DNA of 64,000 nucleotides from Pelagomonas calceolata (lineage: Eukaryota). A model generated the notes under the pieces. The model worked only from the letters and a program-made list of their open reading frames with translations. It was not told the origin of the DNA and ran no database searches. This document shows positions 42,712 to 53,358 of the stretch, in pieces. Both the position numbers and the translations under genes were made by a program. Numbering within the stretch: the stretch's first letter is position 1; each line of letters opens with the position of its first letter. The stretch is taken from positions 3,286,001 to 3,350,000 of the forward strand of contig CAKKNE010000001.1 in assembly GCA_918797485.1 (NCBI GenBank), read 5' to 3'.

Positions 42712-45330
42712 ATGCCGCCGCGCCGGCCCCGCCGCGGCGGCGGCCTGCCGGGGACACCTGGGTATGACGCGCAGCTGCGCGAGGCCGAGGAGCTCCTGAA
42801 CAGCCTGACGGGCGCGGCCGACATGACGACCGCAGAAATCCAGCGCACGCTGCGGGCGCCGCGGCTCGACGCGCTGCCGCGTCGGCCCGAGGTTTCGAGA
42901 AGGCGCAACGTCCCGGAGCTCGGGGGCATCGATGCACTACGTCTGGCGGCCGGAGAACCGGCCAACATCCGCTTCGAGTGGCGCCAGGGGGCGTTGACCG
43001 TCGTCGGCTTCGTCGATGCCGCGTCGGAGGCGCGAGCGAAGCGCGCGGGCGCCGTGCTCGACGCGCGGCTCGTGAGCTGCAACGGCGTCGCGCTGCAGGG
43101 CAAGAGCCAGGGCCAGGTCATGCAGCGCATGCAGAGCACCGCCTCAGTCGCGAGGCAACTCGGCTTCGCGCCGCCGCTGAATACAGAGCCGCCGCCACCA
43201 GGGCCAAAATCGCCTCCAGCAAAGGCCAAGCGCTTCGCGGCCGAAGACGACCCCGCCGCCGCGCGAAAGCGGCGCCTCGCGCGCGCCGCCGCCGCCGCGA
43301 ATTTATTAAAGGCGAAGGACGAGCCCCAAAAGCCCTTCGCGGCGATGGAACCTTCCCAGGTCGACCTCCAGCCGCAGCCGCCGTCGCTCGACGCCTGGCT
43401 CGGGCGGGCGCCGGCGCCGGCCGTGACGAAAGCGCCGGCGCACGCGGACCCCTACTCGACGGGCGCGCGGCGGCGGCGCATCACGCACGAGCACGCGAGC
43501 CGCGTCGCGCGGCCGCTGATTGCCGAGGCGCTCCGGCGCGTGCAACGGCGGCGGCTCGAGAGGCTCGCGGCCGTCGCGGCGCAGCGGCGGCGCCGCGGTA
43601 CTTGTGGAAGGCGCAAGGCGGCCCAGCGACGGTATTGGCGGCTCTACGCCGCCGCGGTCGCGGTACAATCATGCATTCGTGGGCACCAGTATCGATTAAG
43701 ACGGCTCGTCGCCGCCGTGTTGCTCGCGCAGTGCTTCATCCGGCGGCTCCGTGCTTTACGGTTACTGCGGCGGATGCGCGCGCAGCGCTTCCGGACGCGC
43801 GCGGAGGCGTGCCTCACGGCGCAGCGCGTGCTGCGGGGCCGCCGCGGGCGCCGCGTCGCCGCGCGGCTGCGGCGGGCGCGCGTCGGCGCGCGGCGCTTCT
43901 TCGCGATCGCGCGCGAGGGCGTCCGTGCGCGCGTCTTCCTGCGGTGGCTCCGGGACACGAAGCGGGGGAAGCGCCTGGCCGCCGCGGCGCAGCGCTGGTG
44001 GCGCCTTTTGGTAAAGCGGTGGAGGTGGCGCGCGATGCTCCGGCGGTGCCGGACGCTCTTCCCCGTCGCGCGCGCGCGCGCGACGCGCATGCGGCGCGAC
44101 GCCGCGTGGGCCGCGTGGCGCGCCGCGTTTCAGAAGCGGCGCCGCGACGACGCCATCCGCGCTTTTCAGGCGGCGCGCGCGGCGGCGGAGCTGCTGCGGC
44201 TACTCGCCGCCAAGCGCGGCTACTCGTCGTCGTCGTCGTCGGCCGCCTCCGTTTCCGACGACGATAATGAGGAGAAGGCGTGCCCGATGTCGCCGCGGCG
44301 GTGCATTAAATGTGGAAATGTGGGCCGCGTGCCGATGGCGTCGACGGACGGTTTGTGTGTCGAGTGCATCAATGAGCGGTACATGAGCGCCAAGCGGCTC
44401 GAGTTGAGGAGGAGGGGCCTGGCTGCGGTACGCTTACAAAGGCGCATCCGCGGCGCCGCCGCGCGGCGGTACGCGGCTTTACTAAGAGCCGCGCGCGACA
44501 AATTGCGGTGGGAGCTCCTGATGATGTCCTGCCAGAGACGCGTGGCGGCGCTCTGGCGCGGGTCTAGAGCACGTTACGCGCTCCTCATGAAACAACGAGC
44601 CACCATTGTCATACAATGTGCAGAAAGGTGCCGCCAGGCTCGAGCGCGCCGAAAGGTGCTGTTCGACGCCTGGTACGAAGGTTTACTCAAGTTGGGCGAT
44701 CATATGTTCGAAGAATTAGCAGATTGGCCGGGCCCCGACCCCGAGCGTCTCCCGGACGGCTCCTGGCCGCCGCCGCCGGGCGTGCCGCCTGTGTCGGAGT
44801 TGAAGGACTCGGACGACCCCTGGGACCAGCTCATGTGCATCGTCTTGCGGGGCGTGCAAAAAGGAGACCCGGAGAAGGACCACATTCCGACGCAGGAGGA
44901 GTGGGACCAGATGGAGCGAGACGGCGAGGACCCCGCGGCGATTGCTGTTTTGCAATTTATTTTACAACAAACACCCCCTCCACCAGGTTGCTTAGATGTG
45001 CCTAGGCTGCTGAAAATATTACGCGAGAACCTGCCAAAGAGGCCGCTCGTCCTGCCGCCGCCCCCGAAAGTCGACGTCCAGTTCGACTACCCGCCGGGCC
45101 ACCCCTTGAGGGATGAGAGCGACGAGGCCGAGCGGAAAAGGCGGCAACCGCCGCCGAAGCCGCCGCTCTCCGAGGTCGAAAAATTCTTAGAAAGGTGGTA
45201 CGAGGACCACCCGGACTGCGAGCGCATCGACATCCCCGATTGTAGTATTTGGAACCCGGACCTCCAGAAGCCGGGCGCCTTTCCGCCGCCGCCGCCCTCG
45301 GGGGGCGTGGAGGAGTCGAAGGGCGCATAA
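42712..45330 (+). CDS. IQ-motif protein with PDZ-like N-terminal region and Pro-rich tail
   Basis: Multiple IQ-like motifs (AVAVQSCIRG, AVRLQRRIRG, IVIQCAER). Confidence 0.65.
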   Translation: MPPRRPRRGGGLPGTPGYDAQLREAEELLNSLTGAADMTTAEIQRTLRAPRLDALPRRPEVSRRRNVPELGGIDALRLAAGEPANIRFEWRQGALTVVGFVDAASEARAKRAGAVLDARLVSCNGVALQGKSQGQVMQRMQSTASVARQLGFAPPLNTEPPPPGPKSPPAKAKRFAAEDDPAAARKRRLARAAAAANLLKAKDEPQKPFAAMEPSQVDLQPQPPSLDAWLGRAPAPAVTKAPAHADPYSTGARRRRITHEHASRVARPLIAEALRRVQRRRLERLAAVAAQRRRRGTCGRRKAAQRRYWRLYAAAVAVQSCIRGHQYRLRRLVAAVLLAQCFIRRLRALRLLRRMRAQRFRTRAEACLTAQRVLRGRRGRRVAARLRRARVGARRFFAIAREGVRARVFLRWLRDTKRGKRLAAAAQRWWRLLVKRWRWRAMLRRCRTLFPVARARATRMRRDAAWAAWRAAFQKRRRDDAIRAFQAARAAAELLRLLAAKRGYSSSSSSAASVSDDDNEEKACPMSPRRCIKCGNVGRVPMASTDGLCVECINERYMSAKRLELRRRGLAAVRLQRRIRGAAARRYAALLRAARDKLRWELLMMSCQRRVAALWRGSRARYALLMKQRATIVIQCAERCRQARARRKVLFDAWYEGLLKLGDHMFEELADWPGPDPERLPDGSWPPPPGVPPVSELKDSDDPWDQLMCIVLRGVQKGDPEKDHIPTQEEWDQMERDGEDPAAIAVLQFILQQTPPPPGCLDVPRLLKILRENLPKRPLVLPPPPKVDVQFDYPPGHPLRDESDEAERKRRQPPPKPPLSEVEKFLERWYEDHPDCERIDIPDCSIWNPDLQKPGAFPPPPPSGGVEESKGA

Positions 45331-45419
45331 GTGTTTGTGTTCGTGTGCTTACGCTCGAGCGATCAGCAATCGAACGGTCCGCTTCTGCCGTCGAGCTGCG
45401 GCCAGGCCGGCGGTGCACG

Positions 45420-45447
45420 ACTGAAGTAGCTCTAGACCTACTTCAGT
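45420..45447. repeat. 28-bp near-perfect palindrome, second copy at 46486-46526
   Basis: ACTGAAGTAGCTCTAGA(C/G)CTACTTCAGT; the second copy carries an internal 13-bp duplication. Confidence 0.85.
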
Positions 45448-45542
45448 GGACATAACATTATCGCACCGAGTTTTTTTCTCCTAGCTTCGTAGGCGTCGCG
45501 TCGATGGCGTAGTGGCGTACAAGCTTGTAGCAGTGCCCGAGA

Positions 45543-46367
45543 TCATGCTCGTGCCGGCATCGCGACCTCGAACGTCGAGCCCGCTGCACAGCCAAACGGA
45601 ATTTGGACCTGCACCGTCACGCCGTTCGGCGCTTGGAGCTGCATCACTTGACCGGCAGAGCCGTCGGGCGGCACCTGGACGGTAAACGTTGACGCGGCCA
45701 CCGTTGCCACCGGCACAACAGGTGACGCGGCCATCGTCGCCACCGGCGCAACAGGTTCGTCGCGGGCGGGCGCCACTCGGACGGTAAACATTGACGGCGA
45801 ACTTGGCGTAGCCGTCGTGACAACGTTTAGACCCTGCGGTGCTATCTGCGACGCTTGCTGTGCGGGAGGGAAACACAACCGGAGCCATTCTGATGATGAT
45901 GGACCTGATGATGGACCTTGAGTCCCATTACAAGGTATTTTTATGAACTCGACGCGAGTCACGATCCCCCTTTGCCGCCATTCCGCGAAGGCTTTTTCAT
46001 ACAGTTGGCTTACCATAATGAAATATACAAAGAAATATGAGGCGAATGACGAGACGACGAATAGAAAGGCAACCAACCCAAAAAGTTCTATCCGCGTGAT
46101 GAATACCAGGAAAACACAAAGGATCGCGCAGCCTATAGAGCCAGGGATCAGCAAATGGGTTTTACCGACACCCTTCGCGACCTGGTCGTTGACGCCACGG
46201 ACGTAAGTCCGCGCCTCCTCCTGCGAAACGCCCGCGCTCAGGACGCGCGGGTCGTTTGCTATGGTGTTCACATCGTTCACATCGATGTGCGGCAAGGAGC
46301 ACAAAGGCGCCCCGTGGTCTAGGCACACAGTTAGGTGGTTCAGCGGTGGGTTGAGCAACCTTAACAT
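45543..46367 (-). CDS. Hypothetical two-TM protein with C-terminal beta-repeat (FTVQVPP...VQIP..GSTFEV)
   Basis: Open frame with two TMs and lower GC than its neighbours. Confidence 0.6.
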   Translation of the reverse strand: MLRLLNPPLNHLTVCLDHGAPLCSLPHIDVNDVNTIANDPRVLSAGVSQEEARTYVRGVNDQVAKGVGKTHLLIPGSIGCAILCVFLVFITRIELFGLVAFLFVVSSFASYFFVYFIMVSQLYEKAFAEWRQRGIVTRVEFIKIPCNGTQGPSSGPSSSEWLRLCFPPAQQASQIAPQGLNVVTTATPSSPSMFTVRVAPARDEPVAPVATMAASPVVPVATVAASTFTVQVPPDGSAGQVMQLQAPNGVTVQVQIPFGCAAGSTFEVAMPARA

Positions 46368-46819
46368 GAGTTTCACGGATGGGCAGCGTGGATCCGCTGT
46401 CTGCTTTGCTTCAGTATGTATTCCCAAACGCAGCGCGGCGTTGAAGCTCCTTCTTGAAAGCTGTCACGGCGGCGGCGGCGGACTTACTGAAGTAGCTCTA
46501 GAGCTACTTCCTAGAGCTACTTCAGTCACGTTCAAGTTCAGGAGAGAAATGTTGCGTCGGCTGTGAGACCACCCTCACCCGCGACGCCCGCGACGATAGG
46601 CGCCACCCGCATCATCCAGGCTTTTTATTGGGCAGCGTGCCCTTCGTGCTTCATCAGTGCGCTATGCGTACCGCGCATCCGAGAATCTGATGGGTACCAG
46701 CGCTAAACACACTAGATTTTTCACCTGCGGCACCAGTGCTCGCAATAACAGCCATACAAGCTCTATTCGTGGACCAGAGCGCTCGCAAGCTGGCGCCTGT
46801 GCCCAAAGCACTCGCAGCC

Positions 46820-48664
46820 ATGACCGCTTTGGCCACCCTCCTCTTGGTAGCACAGTACGGCTGCTGGTCGCATGTCCAGAGCCTCCGCACCGCGAGGCGA
46901 TCCTTCGTGATCAAAGATGACCGCTTCCATAAGGAAGGTGACCCAATCAACATCAAGTCGGGCAGCGTGCACTACTCGCGGGTGCCACGTGCGTATTGGC
47001 GCGACAGGTTGGAACGCGCGAAAGCTTTGGGCTTGAACGCGATCACGACCTACGTGCCCTGGAACTTCCACGAGGATGTCGAGGGACGCTTCGACTTTTC
47101 GGAGGATAGGGACGTCTACGCCTTCGCGGACGAAGCACGCAAATTAAATCTGTTGCTCATCCTGAGGATCGGGCCCTACATGTGCGGCGAGTGGGACTTC
47201 GGCGGCTTCCCGGCGTGGCTCCTGACCAAGGCCAATATGACGCTGCGGACACACAACAAGCCTTATCTGGACGCGGTCGACAAATTCTGGGATCATCTAT
47301 TGCCGCGATTCAAGCGACGGCTGTACAGTAATGGAGGACCGATCGTGATGGTGCAGCTCGAGAACGAGTTCGGCGACTACGGCGACTGTTCTGCGAACGA
47401 GAATGACGCCGCCTACATGAAACATCTCTACAGTAAGGCGACGCAGCACCTGGGTACGTCTGTTATCTATACGACGGTGTCGCCGGCGCGGAACTTGCAC
47501 AAGGCGTCGCCCTGGCGCCACGATGCAAGAGTCCTCGCGACGATCGACGGGCCCTTATCTTCTTCATACGATGCGGACTTTGCGCTCCAGAAAGCGTTCA
47601 ACGCTAAAGGTAATTCGCCAAAAATGTGGACCGAGCTCTGGACGGGCTGGTACACGCACTGGGGCGATTCGAAAGCGGCGAACCGCACGGCCAAGGACTA
47701 CGGGGATGGTGTGAAAGCGATGGCGTCGGATAGCAACGCGTCCTTCTCGCTGTATATGGCCCACGGCGGCACGTCGTTTGGTTTTTGGGCGGGCGCGAAC
47801 ATCTTGGAGGGTAGATATGTGGCCGACGTGACGTCGTACGACTACTCGGCGCCGATCTCCGAGGACGGCACGCACCAGGTCGGGGCCGACGGTGCGGATG
47901 GCTTTGCGGCGGTCCGAAACGCTCTTCATGGTACGTCGGAGGAGCCGCCGCCACCGGTCTTCCGGGCGTACGGCGCCGTCGTCTTCGAAGACGAGGCGGA
48001 CCTGTTGGCGCAGGATGCGACCTGCGCCAGTACGGGCTGGCGGACCCAGGAGCAACTCGGCCAGGCCCACGGTTTTATTAACTACGCCCTGACGGGTCCC
48101 TTCCCGGACCGCCTCGCCTTCTCGCCGTCCACTCTGAGGGACCGAGTGCAGGTCCTCGCGGACGGCGTCCTCGTCGGCAGCGCCTACCGCGGCGACGCTA
48201 AGAACGTTAGCATCGCGCTGCCGTCGTCGATGACGCGCCTGGACCTGCTCGTGGAGAATTGTGGTAGAGTGAACTACGGCCGGGAATTGGTCGACGACCG
48301 CAAGGGCTTGCTGGAGCCGCCCCTTGATGGCACGCCCTCCGTGAGTTGCCTGCCCCTTGCTGATTTATCGGCGATCGAGTGGCATTCTATACAACCAGGA
48401 AGAAGCCCCGCGGCGCCGCGCTTCTACCGGGGCCATTTGCAGGTAGATGCTGCGCACGATACCTACCTGGATACGCGCGGCCTCTCCAAAGGTTTTATAT
48501 GGGTCAACGGGCAAAATTTAGGCCGGTTCTGGGAGACGCGCGGCCCGCAGCATACTTTATACGTGCCGGCGCCTTACTTGAGACGCGGCGCGAACGAAGT
48601 GATTATCCTAGACCTCGACGGGCGCACTGGACTAGAAAGTGTTGCGCGGCCCCGATGGAACTAA
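46820..48664 (+). CDS. Beta-galactosidase, GH35
   Basis: SGSVHYSR, YVPWNFHE, GPYMCGEWDFGGFP, QLENEFG, SYDYSAP and GPQHTLYVP motifs. Confidence 0.95.
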   Translation: MTALATLLLVAQYGCWSHVQSLRTARRSFVIKDDRFHKEGDPINIKSGSVHYSRVPRAYWRDRLERAKALGLNAITTYVPWNFHEDVEGRFDFSEDRDVYAFADEARKLNLLLILRIGPYMCGEWDFGGFPAWLLTKANMTLRTHNKPYLDAVDKFWDHLLPRFKRRLYSNGGPIVMVQLENEFGDYGDCSANENDAAYMKHLYSKATQHLGTSVIYTTVSPARNLHKASPWRHDARVLATIDGPLSSSYDADFALQKAFNAKGNSPKMWTELWTGWYTHWGDSKAANRTAKDYGDGVKAMASDSNASFSLYMAHGGTSFGFWAGANILEGRYVADVTSYDYSAPISEDGTHQVGADGADGFAAVRNALHGTSEEPPPPVFRAYGAVVFEDEADLLAQDATCASTGWRTQEQLGQAHGFINYALTGPFPDRLAFSPSTLRDRVQVLADGVLVGSAYRGDAKNVSIALPSSMTRLDLLVENCGRVNYGRELVDDRKGLLEPPLDGTPSVSCLPLADLSAIEWHSIQPGRSPAAPRFYRGHLQVDAAHDTYLDTRGLSKGFIWVNGQNLGRFWETRGPQHTLYVPAPYLRRGANEVIILDLDGRTGLESVARPRWN

Positions 48665-48691
48665 TGTGTTATGTATACTACTTGGAGGGAA

Positions 48692-49636
48692 TCAGCGCTC
48701 GTCCATGCCCAGATACGCCTCGATGAAGCGCGAGGAGTTGCCCCCGTAGCCGTCCGTCGGCGTGTCGTCGTCGTCGCGCTGTAGGTGGACGACCGGCGGC
48801 CACACGACGAAGGTCCGGAGCGACCGTTCGGAGGCCATCCTAGCCAGCGTGAGGTCGAACTTGGGCTCGAGCACCGCCTTGTAGAGACCGTCGCCGGACA
48901 CTGCGGTATGTAACAACCGCGCCACGCGCGACGTGTAGCGCAGCACAACCGCAAAAGCGCAGCGCGGGTCGACGGCCGTCGCGAGGACCGCCGTGTCCCC
49001 ACCCAACGACTGGACGACGCGCCTCCTCACGGCCTTCGCTACTTCGGCAGGATCGGACCCCTTGCTCACCTTCGGTAGGGATACTACCTTCGGGTCGTTG
49101 ACGTGCTTCGCGCCTCGCAACTGGTCCCGCTGCCTCGAGAGTAACGTACCACACCCCACATCTCTCGACCTTCTCGCCAGAAAGTGCTCCTTGCCCACCT
49201 TATCATTATCTAGGCCACCTCCGAGTTGAAAGGCCGCGCTCGACAGCTTCTCGAAGGGCGGCGTCCACCAGCCGCACTCGCCGCAGTGGCCCGCGTAGAG
49301 CGCGTCCCAGCCGCCCGCTCTACCCGACTCGAGGTACGTGAGCGCCTCGTCGAGCACCGAGGCCCCGCCCGGCGTCACGACGGCCCGTTGCGACGTTAGT
49401 AACACAACAGGCTCCGCCGGCGCCTTTAATGAATAGCGAGCGATGCCCTCGACCAACCTTCGGTACGCGAGCAACTCCGCCCCGTACCTCCCGTCCTTGG
49501 TCAGTCCGTACGACGCCGTGTAGAGTTTGTCCGTCATGTTCCCCTGCTGTGGAAAACCCGTTTTGTGGGGCCTCTTGGCCACAGGCACAGGGGGTTTCGA
49601 GGCGGCTATTGCGCTTGGACGGAAGTATGTTGTCAT
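48692..49636 (-). CDS. Glycosyltransferase-like protein (GT25-like C-terminal motifs); 5' end uncertain
   Basis: WDALYAGHC, CAFAV..VARLL and FDLTL...VVWPPVV segments. Confidence 0.4.
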   Translation of the reverse strand: MTTYFRPSAIAASKPPVPVAKRPHKTGFPQQGNMTDKLYTASYGLTKDGRYGAELLAYRRLVEGIARYSLKAPAEPVVLLTSQRAVVTPGGASVLDEALTYLESGRAGGWDALYAGHCGECGWWTPPFEKLSSAAFQLGGGLDNDKVGKEHFLARRSRDVGCGTLLSRQRDQLRGAKHVNDPKVVSLPKVSKGSDPAEVAKAVRRRVVQSLGGDTAVLATAVDPRCAFAVVLRYTSRVARLLHTAVSGDGLYKAVLEPKFDLTLARMASERSLRTFVVWPPVVHLQRDDDDTPTDGYGGNSSRFIEAYLGMDER

Positions 49637-49883
49637 GAAACGCGGCCCCTTTGAATCGGCGTCGCGCGGCGTCTCGCGCCGCGGCCCCGGGTCCGCCCAC
49701 TAGTCCGAGAGAACGTACCGGCTACCGGGCTCACTCCTCTACGCCATCGACGCGACCCCCGCGACTGCATCCGACCCCCCTACGCCATCGACGCGACCCC
49801 CCGAGCCCGCCTCCAAACAAACCTCGGCGGGACAGTTGTTACCACAGGGGGATAGGGGATAACAGGGGGAGAATGGGGAGAAC

Positions 49884-50810
49884 CTAGACGGCGGTCTTCT
49901 TGGCGAGGTCCTGGTTGTAGCAGCCCCACTTGAGCTTGGCGCGCTGCGCCGCTTCCAAGGGCAGGATGTCCGTCTTCTTGTACGACATGCACTGCCACGC
50001 GGCCTTGAGGTCGCGGCATAGCTTGCTGAGACCGGCCGGTTCTAACGAGGCCGCATGGTCGGTGCCCTTCCAGGTCCGGTCCTTGGTGAAGTGGCGCTCG
50101 TTCCACGTGGCGCCCAACGCGTACGCGGCGATGTCCACGGAGATCCCGAGGTGGTGGCCCGAGAACCCGAAGCCGCGGACCCGTCCCGCGAAGCGCTCCC
50201 GCAGCAGCTTCAATTCCAGCATGCATACGTCCTGGAAGGGCACGGGGTAGCCGCTGGTGCAGTTGTAGAGGATGACGCGTTCCTTCGCGTTGCCCTTCCC
50301 TTGCTCCCAGAAGCTCACGATCTTCTCCACTTCGTCCTTCGTCGTCATGCCCGTCGAGATGTGGACCATGCCGCTGTACTCGTCTCTGAGCACTTTCTGC
50401 ATCTCCCAGTGCTGGTTCGACGGCGAGCCGACTTTGATCAACGGCGGGTTTAAGGAAGCGATTTCTTTCGCCGACGTCGTGTCCCAGACCGAACAGGAGT
50501 ACAGCAACCCGATCTCCTCGCAGTGCTTCTGGAGGAGTCTATGTTGCTCGACGTCCAGTTCCAAGAACTCGCGGTGCTGGCCGTACGTGTCGCCGTAGGA
50601 ATTGTGGGGGTTCGGGTGCTGCGCGTTGTACTGCTCCTCCGTCAGCAGCTCCTTGGGGCAGCGCTTCTGGAACTTGCCGACGGTCGCGCCCGCGTTCTTC
50701 GCGAGCGTGAGGAGCTCCTTGGCGATCTCGAACTGGCCCATGTGGTTGCAGCCGATCTCGGCGATGACGTGCGGTTCTTCGTAGCCGTCGTCGGCTTGGA
50801 AGGCGGCCAT
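49884..50810 (-). CDS. neuB: N-acetylneuraminate (nonulosonate) synthase, NeuB family
   Basis: VIAEIGCNHMG, KFQKR, ISTGM, CTSGYP, GFSGH and ERHFT..WKGTDHAASL motifs; no C-terminal antifreeze-like domain. Confidence 0.9.
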   Translation of the reverse strand: MAAFQADDGYEEPHVIAEIGCNHMGQFEIAKELLTLAKNAGATVGKFQKRCPKELLTEEQYNAQHPNPHNSYGDTYGQHREFLELDVEQHRLLQKHCEEIGLLYSCSVWDTTSAKEIASLNPPLIKVGSPSNQHWEMQKVLRDEYSGMVHISTGMTTKDEVEKIVSFWEQGKGNAKERVILYNCTSGYPVPFQDVCMLELKLLRERFAGRVRGFGFSGHHLGISVDIAAYALGATWNERHFTKDRTWKGTDHAASLEPAGLSKLCRDLKAAWQCMSYKKTDILPLEAAQRAKLKWGCYNQDLAKKTAV

Positions 50811-51496
50811 GGTCGTACCTGCGCGGCGGCGGGTCGCGCGGCGCGCGTCGTTGCAACGCGTTTTGCAGGCAGTGTGTGAGCGGCGCGTTGCGGCTGCGTC
50901 GTGCGCTTGCGACGAGGCCGCGTATGCATGCGTGCGCTCTCGCAACGCAGCAAAAGCGCACAGCACTATGGGAAATATTTGTGACTGCAGCGTTTCGTTG
51001 CAGTGCAGCGGCCACGTGCGAACAGGGTGCAAACAAGAGTCGAGACAACAATCTGACGCTGCCTGCTTGCTTGTATCGTCTGCAGGGACTGGTTTATCGA
51101 GAGGCATTGTCATCCCAAATAATTCACGCTAGGTAACATACTAGAAAGAATCAACGAGTCGCGGAGCGCCTCGTACTCATCGGAACTGCCCTCGATCCGA
51201 TCGCAAGGCCATGTTATGGCTCTCGAACGGGCCCAGGTGACTTGTCACGGGTTTCCCAGACCAAATCCGTCGCGCTGCCGCTTTAGGCCTGGCGCATAGT
51301 CCCTGACCGAGGGAGACGCGGCTTTTGACCGTCCTGAGCCCGGCGCGGTCGCCGGGCCCGCGGAAAAGGCGCCTCAGAGGCGAGTCTGAAGCTCTTCCTC
51401 ACCAGAGGCTCTAGGGAGACGCGCGAGCGCGCGCGGGAGGCCGCGGGGCCACGACAGACGCCGTTGACGCCCCCGCCGCGAGCCACGACAAGCAAG

Positions 51497-52515
51497 ATGC
51501 CCTGCTGCATCGAGTGCATCCAGACGGCTGAGGTCGGCATCGTCGAACGCTGCGGGAAGTACTACAGACAAGCGGGACCAGGCGCGAACTGCGTCTGCTA
51601 CCCCGTCGACGAGATTGTGGGTGTCGTGAACATGAGAGTACAGCAATTAGATGTGGAGATCGAGACGAAGACGCTCGACAACGTTTTTGTGATGGTCGTG
51701 GTCAGCATCCAGTACTCGCCCATCCAGGAGCGATTGTGGGAGGCCTTCTACTCGCTAGAAAGCCACAAGCTGCAGATCCGAGCTTATATTGAGGACGTCG
51801 TGCGAGCCGTGCTGCCGACGCAGTCGCTCGACGACGCGTTCGAGTCGAAGGAGGCCATCGCGCTGTCCATTAAAAGAAGGTTGGACGCGACGATGCACAC
51901 GTACGGGTATCTCATCCTCAATTCGCTGGTCACGGACAGTGAGGAAATCAAAATTTTACGACGCGTCCTGATTCCTGAATCGCCGCGTCGACCTCCACGC
52001 CATCGACGCGACGCCTGCTCGACGGCGTGGCGCTGCAAGTTCCTCACCGCTCGACGGAGCCAGCACGGCCGGGCCATTGCCGAGAAATGACTTATCAGCG
52101 GATAGTGAAGAATTACGGGGTGCACCCGATACATTGGGTGATTTCCACACAGGTCACGGACATGACGCCCGACTACCGCGTGCGCAATGCCATGAACGAG
52201 ATCAACGCGTCCAAAAGATTGAAGGAGGCCGCGGCCGAGAAGGCCGAGGGCGACAAGGTGTTGAGCGTCAAGTCCGCCGAGGCCGAGGCCGAGTCGAAGT
52301 ACCTCGCGGGCGTCGGCGTCGCGCGCCAGCGCAAAGCTATCGTGGACGGCCTCAAGAACTCGATCAGCGACTTCACGTCGAACGAGCAGATCAAGGGCGC
52401 CTCGTCGAAGGACGTCGTCGACTTGCTGCTCATCACGCAGTATTTTGACATGCTCAACAGCATCGGCACGCGGCCGGACACGTTGACTGTCTTCATTGAT
52501 GAGGACGGTGAGTAA
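51497..52515 (+). CDS. SPFH/Band-7 protein (HIR-like), 2 exons (51497-51928, 52153-52515)
   Basis: ETKTLDNVFV, AMNEINAS, GVGVARQRKAIVDGL and TQYFD motifs; splicing gives NSLVTDMTPD. Confidence 0.9.
51929..52160 (+). mobile_element. Introner element (intron 51929-52152)
   Basis: Perfect TSD GTCACGGA at 51929-36 and 52153-60; TIRs CAGTGAGGAAATCA / TGATTTCCACACAG. Confidence 0.9.
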
Positions 52516-52557
52516 GGAGGAATGACATAGTGCTTAAGACAAAAGGGAAGGACCTAC

Positions 52558-53358
52558 TCAAGGCGCCTCGTCGCTCCCGTCGCCCGGCACGCCTTCGTCG
52601 GGTAAAGAAGCGCCCTCAGGGGCCCCCTTCCTGAGCAACACGTCGGGCACGCCGCTCTCGTCGCGCATGACCAGGATGTCCTCGTCAAGGTACGTCACGA
52701 AGAGCTTCCGGCTGTAGCGCAGGTTCGCCGGGATGTCCTGCTCCCGCCCAAACGCCTTGAGGGACGCGTAGGTCTCTTTGAGCCTAATACCGGTCTCGGC
52801 CTCGAGCGACGTCTGCACCTCGAAGTCCTGGGCGCCGAGGCCGGCCAAAGAGACACTGGTGGACGCCGTGACGCGCGGCTGGTCGCGCGTGATGGCGATT
52901 TCGAGGGAACCGACGTCGGCCAACGCATCAGGTAACATGCGCGCCGCCGTGAGCCCCGCGACGCCGGGCGTGAAGCCGCCGGCGTACAAAGCGAGCGCGA
53001 GCGGCCGCGTCGGCGAGGGTAGCGGCCCCGGTGCGTAGCCCTGGTAGGCGACGTCCCAGACGCCGTTTAAGAGAGCGGACGTGGCCGGCTCGGCCGTCGG
53101 GTTCTTGCTCTCCATCTTGACGAGGAGCTCGCTCACTTCATCTCTGAGGTCCGACGACACGCTGTCGCCGACGGCGGCGCCGACTACGGAGAGGAGCTCG
53201 TCCTTGACGTCGACGTCCTCGATTACGGCTTCGACGACGTCTACCACCGCGTCCTCGACGGTGGCCTTCGACAGCGCGACGGCACGCGGCGCCGCAGCTT
53301 TGGGCGCAAAGGCTGAGACCGCGGCAGGAGCTAGGGCGATGAGGGTGAAAGTCCGCAT
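52558..53358 (-). CDS. PAP/fibrillin plastid lipid-associated protein
   Basis: VSA-FAP presequence; NPT..LLNGVW and VTYLDEDILVMRD motifs. Confidence 0.85.
   Translation of the reverse strand: MRTFTLIALAPAAVSAFAPKAAAPRAVALSKATVEDAVVDVVEAVIEDVDVKDELLSVVGAAVGDSVSSDLRDEVSELLVKMESKNPTAEPATSALLNGVWDVAYQGYAPGPLPSPTRPLALALYAGGFTPGVAGLTAARMLPDALADVGSLEIAITRDQPRVTASTSVSLAGLGAQDFEVQTSLEAETGIRLKETYASLKAFGREQDIPANLRYSRKLFVTYLDEDILVMRDESGVPDVLLRKGAPEGASLPDEGVPGDGSDEAP

Noticed and set aside
42242..42937. N-terminal extension of the JmjC ORF (and similar extensions for NeuB, ACS, ankyrin and GH35)
   Set aside because: Non-ATG or low-complexity extensions through promoter DNA; downstream ATGs give better signal peptides or domain starts.
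4415..44267. Many long overlapping or antisense Arg/Ala/Pro-rich ORFs (e.g. 4415-5134, 8917-10038, 18238-19506, 37079-38146, 42978-44267)
   Set aside because: Shadow frames of real GC3-rich genes, with no motifs.
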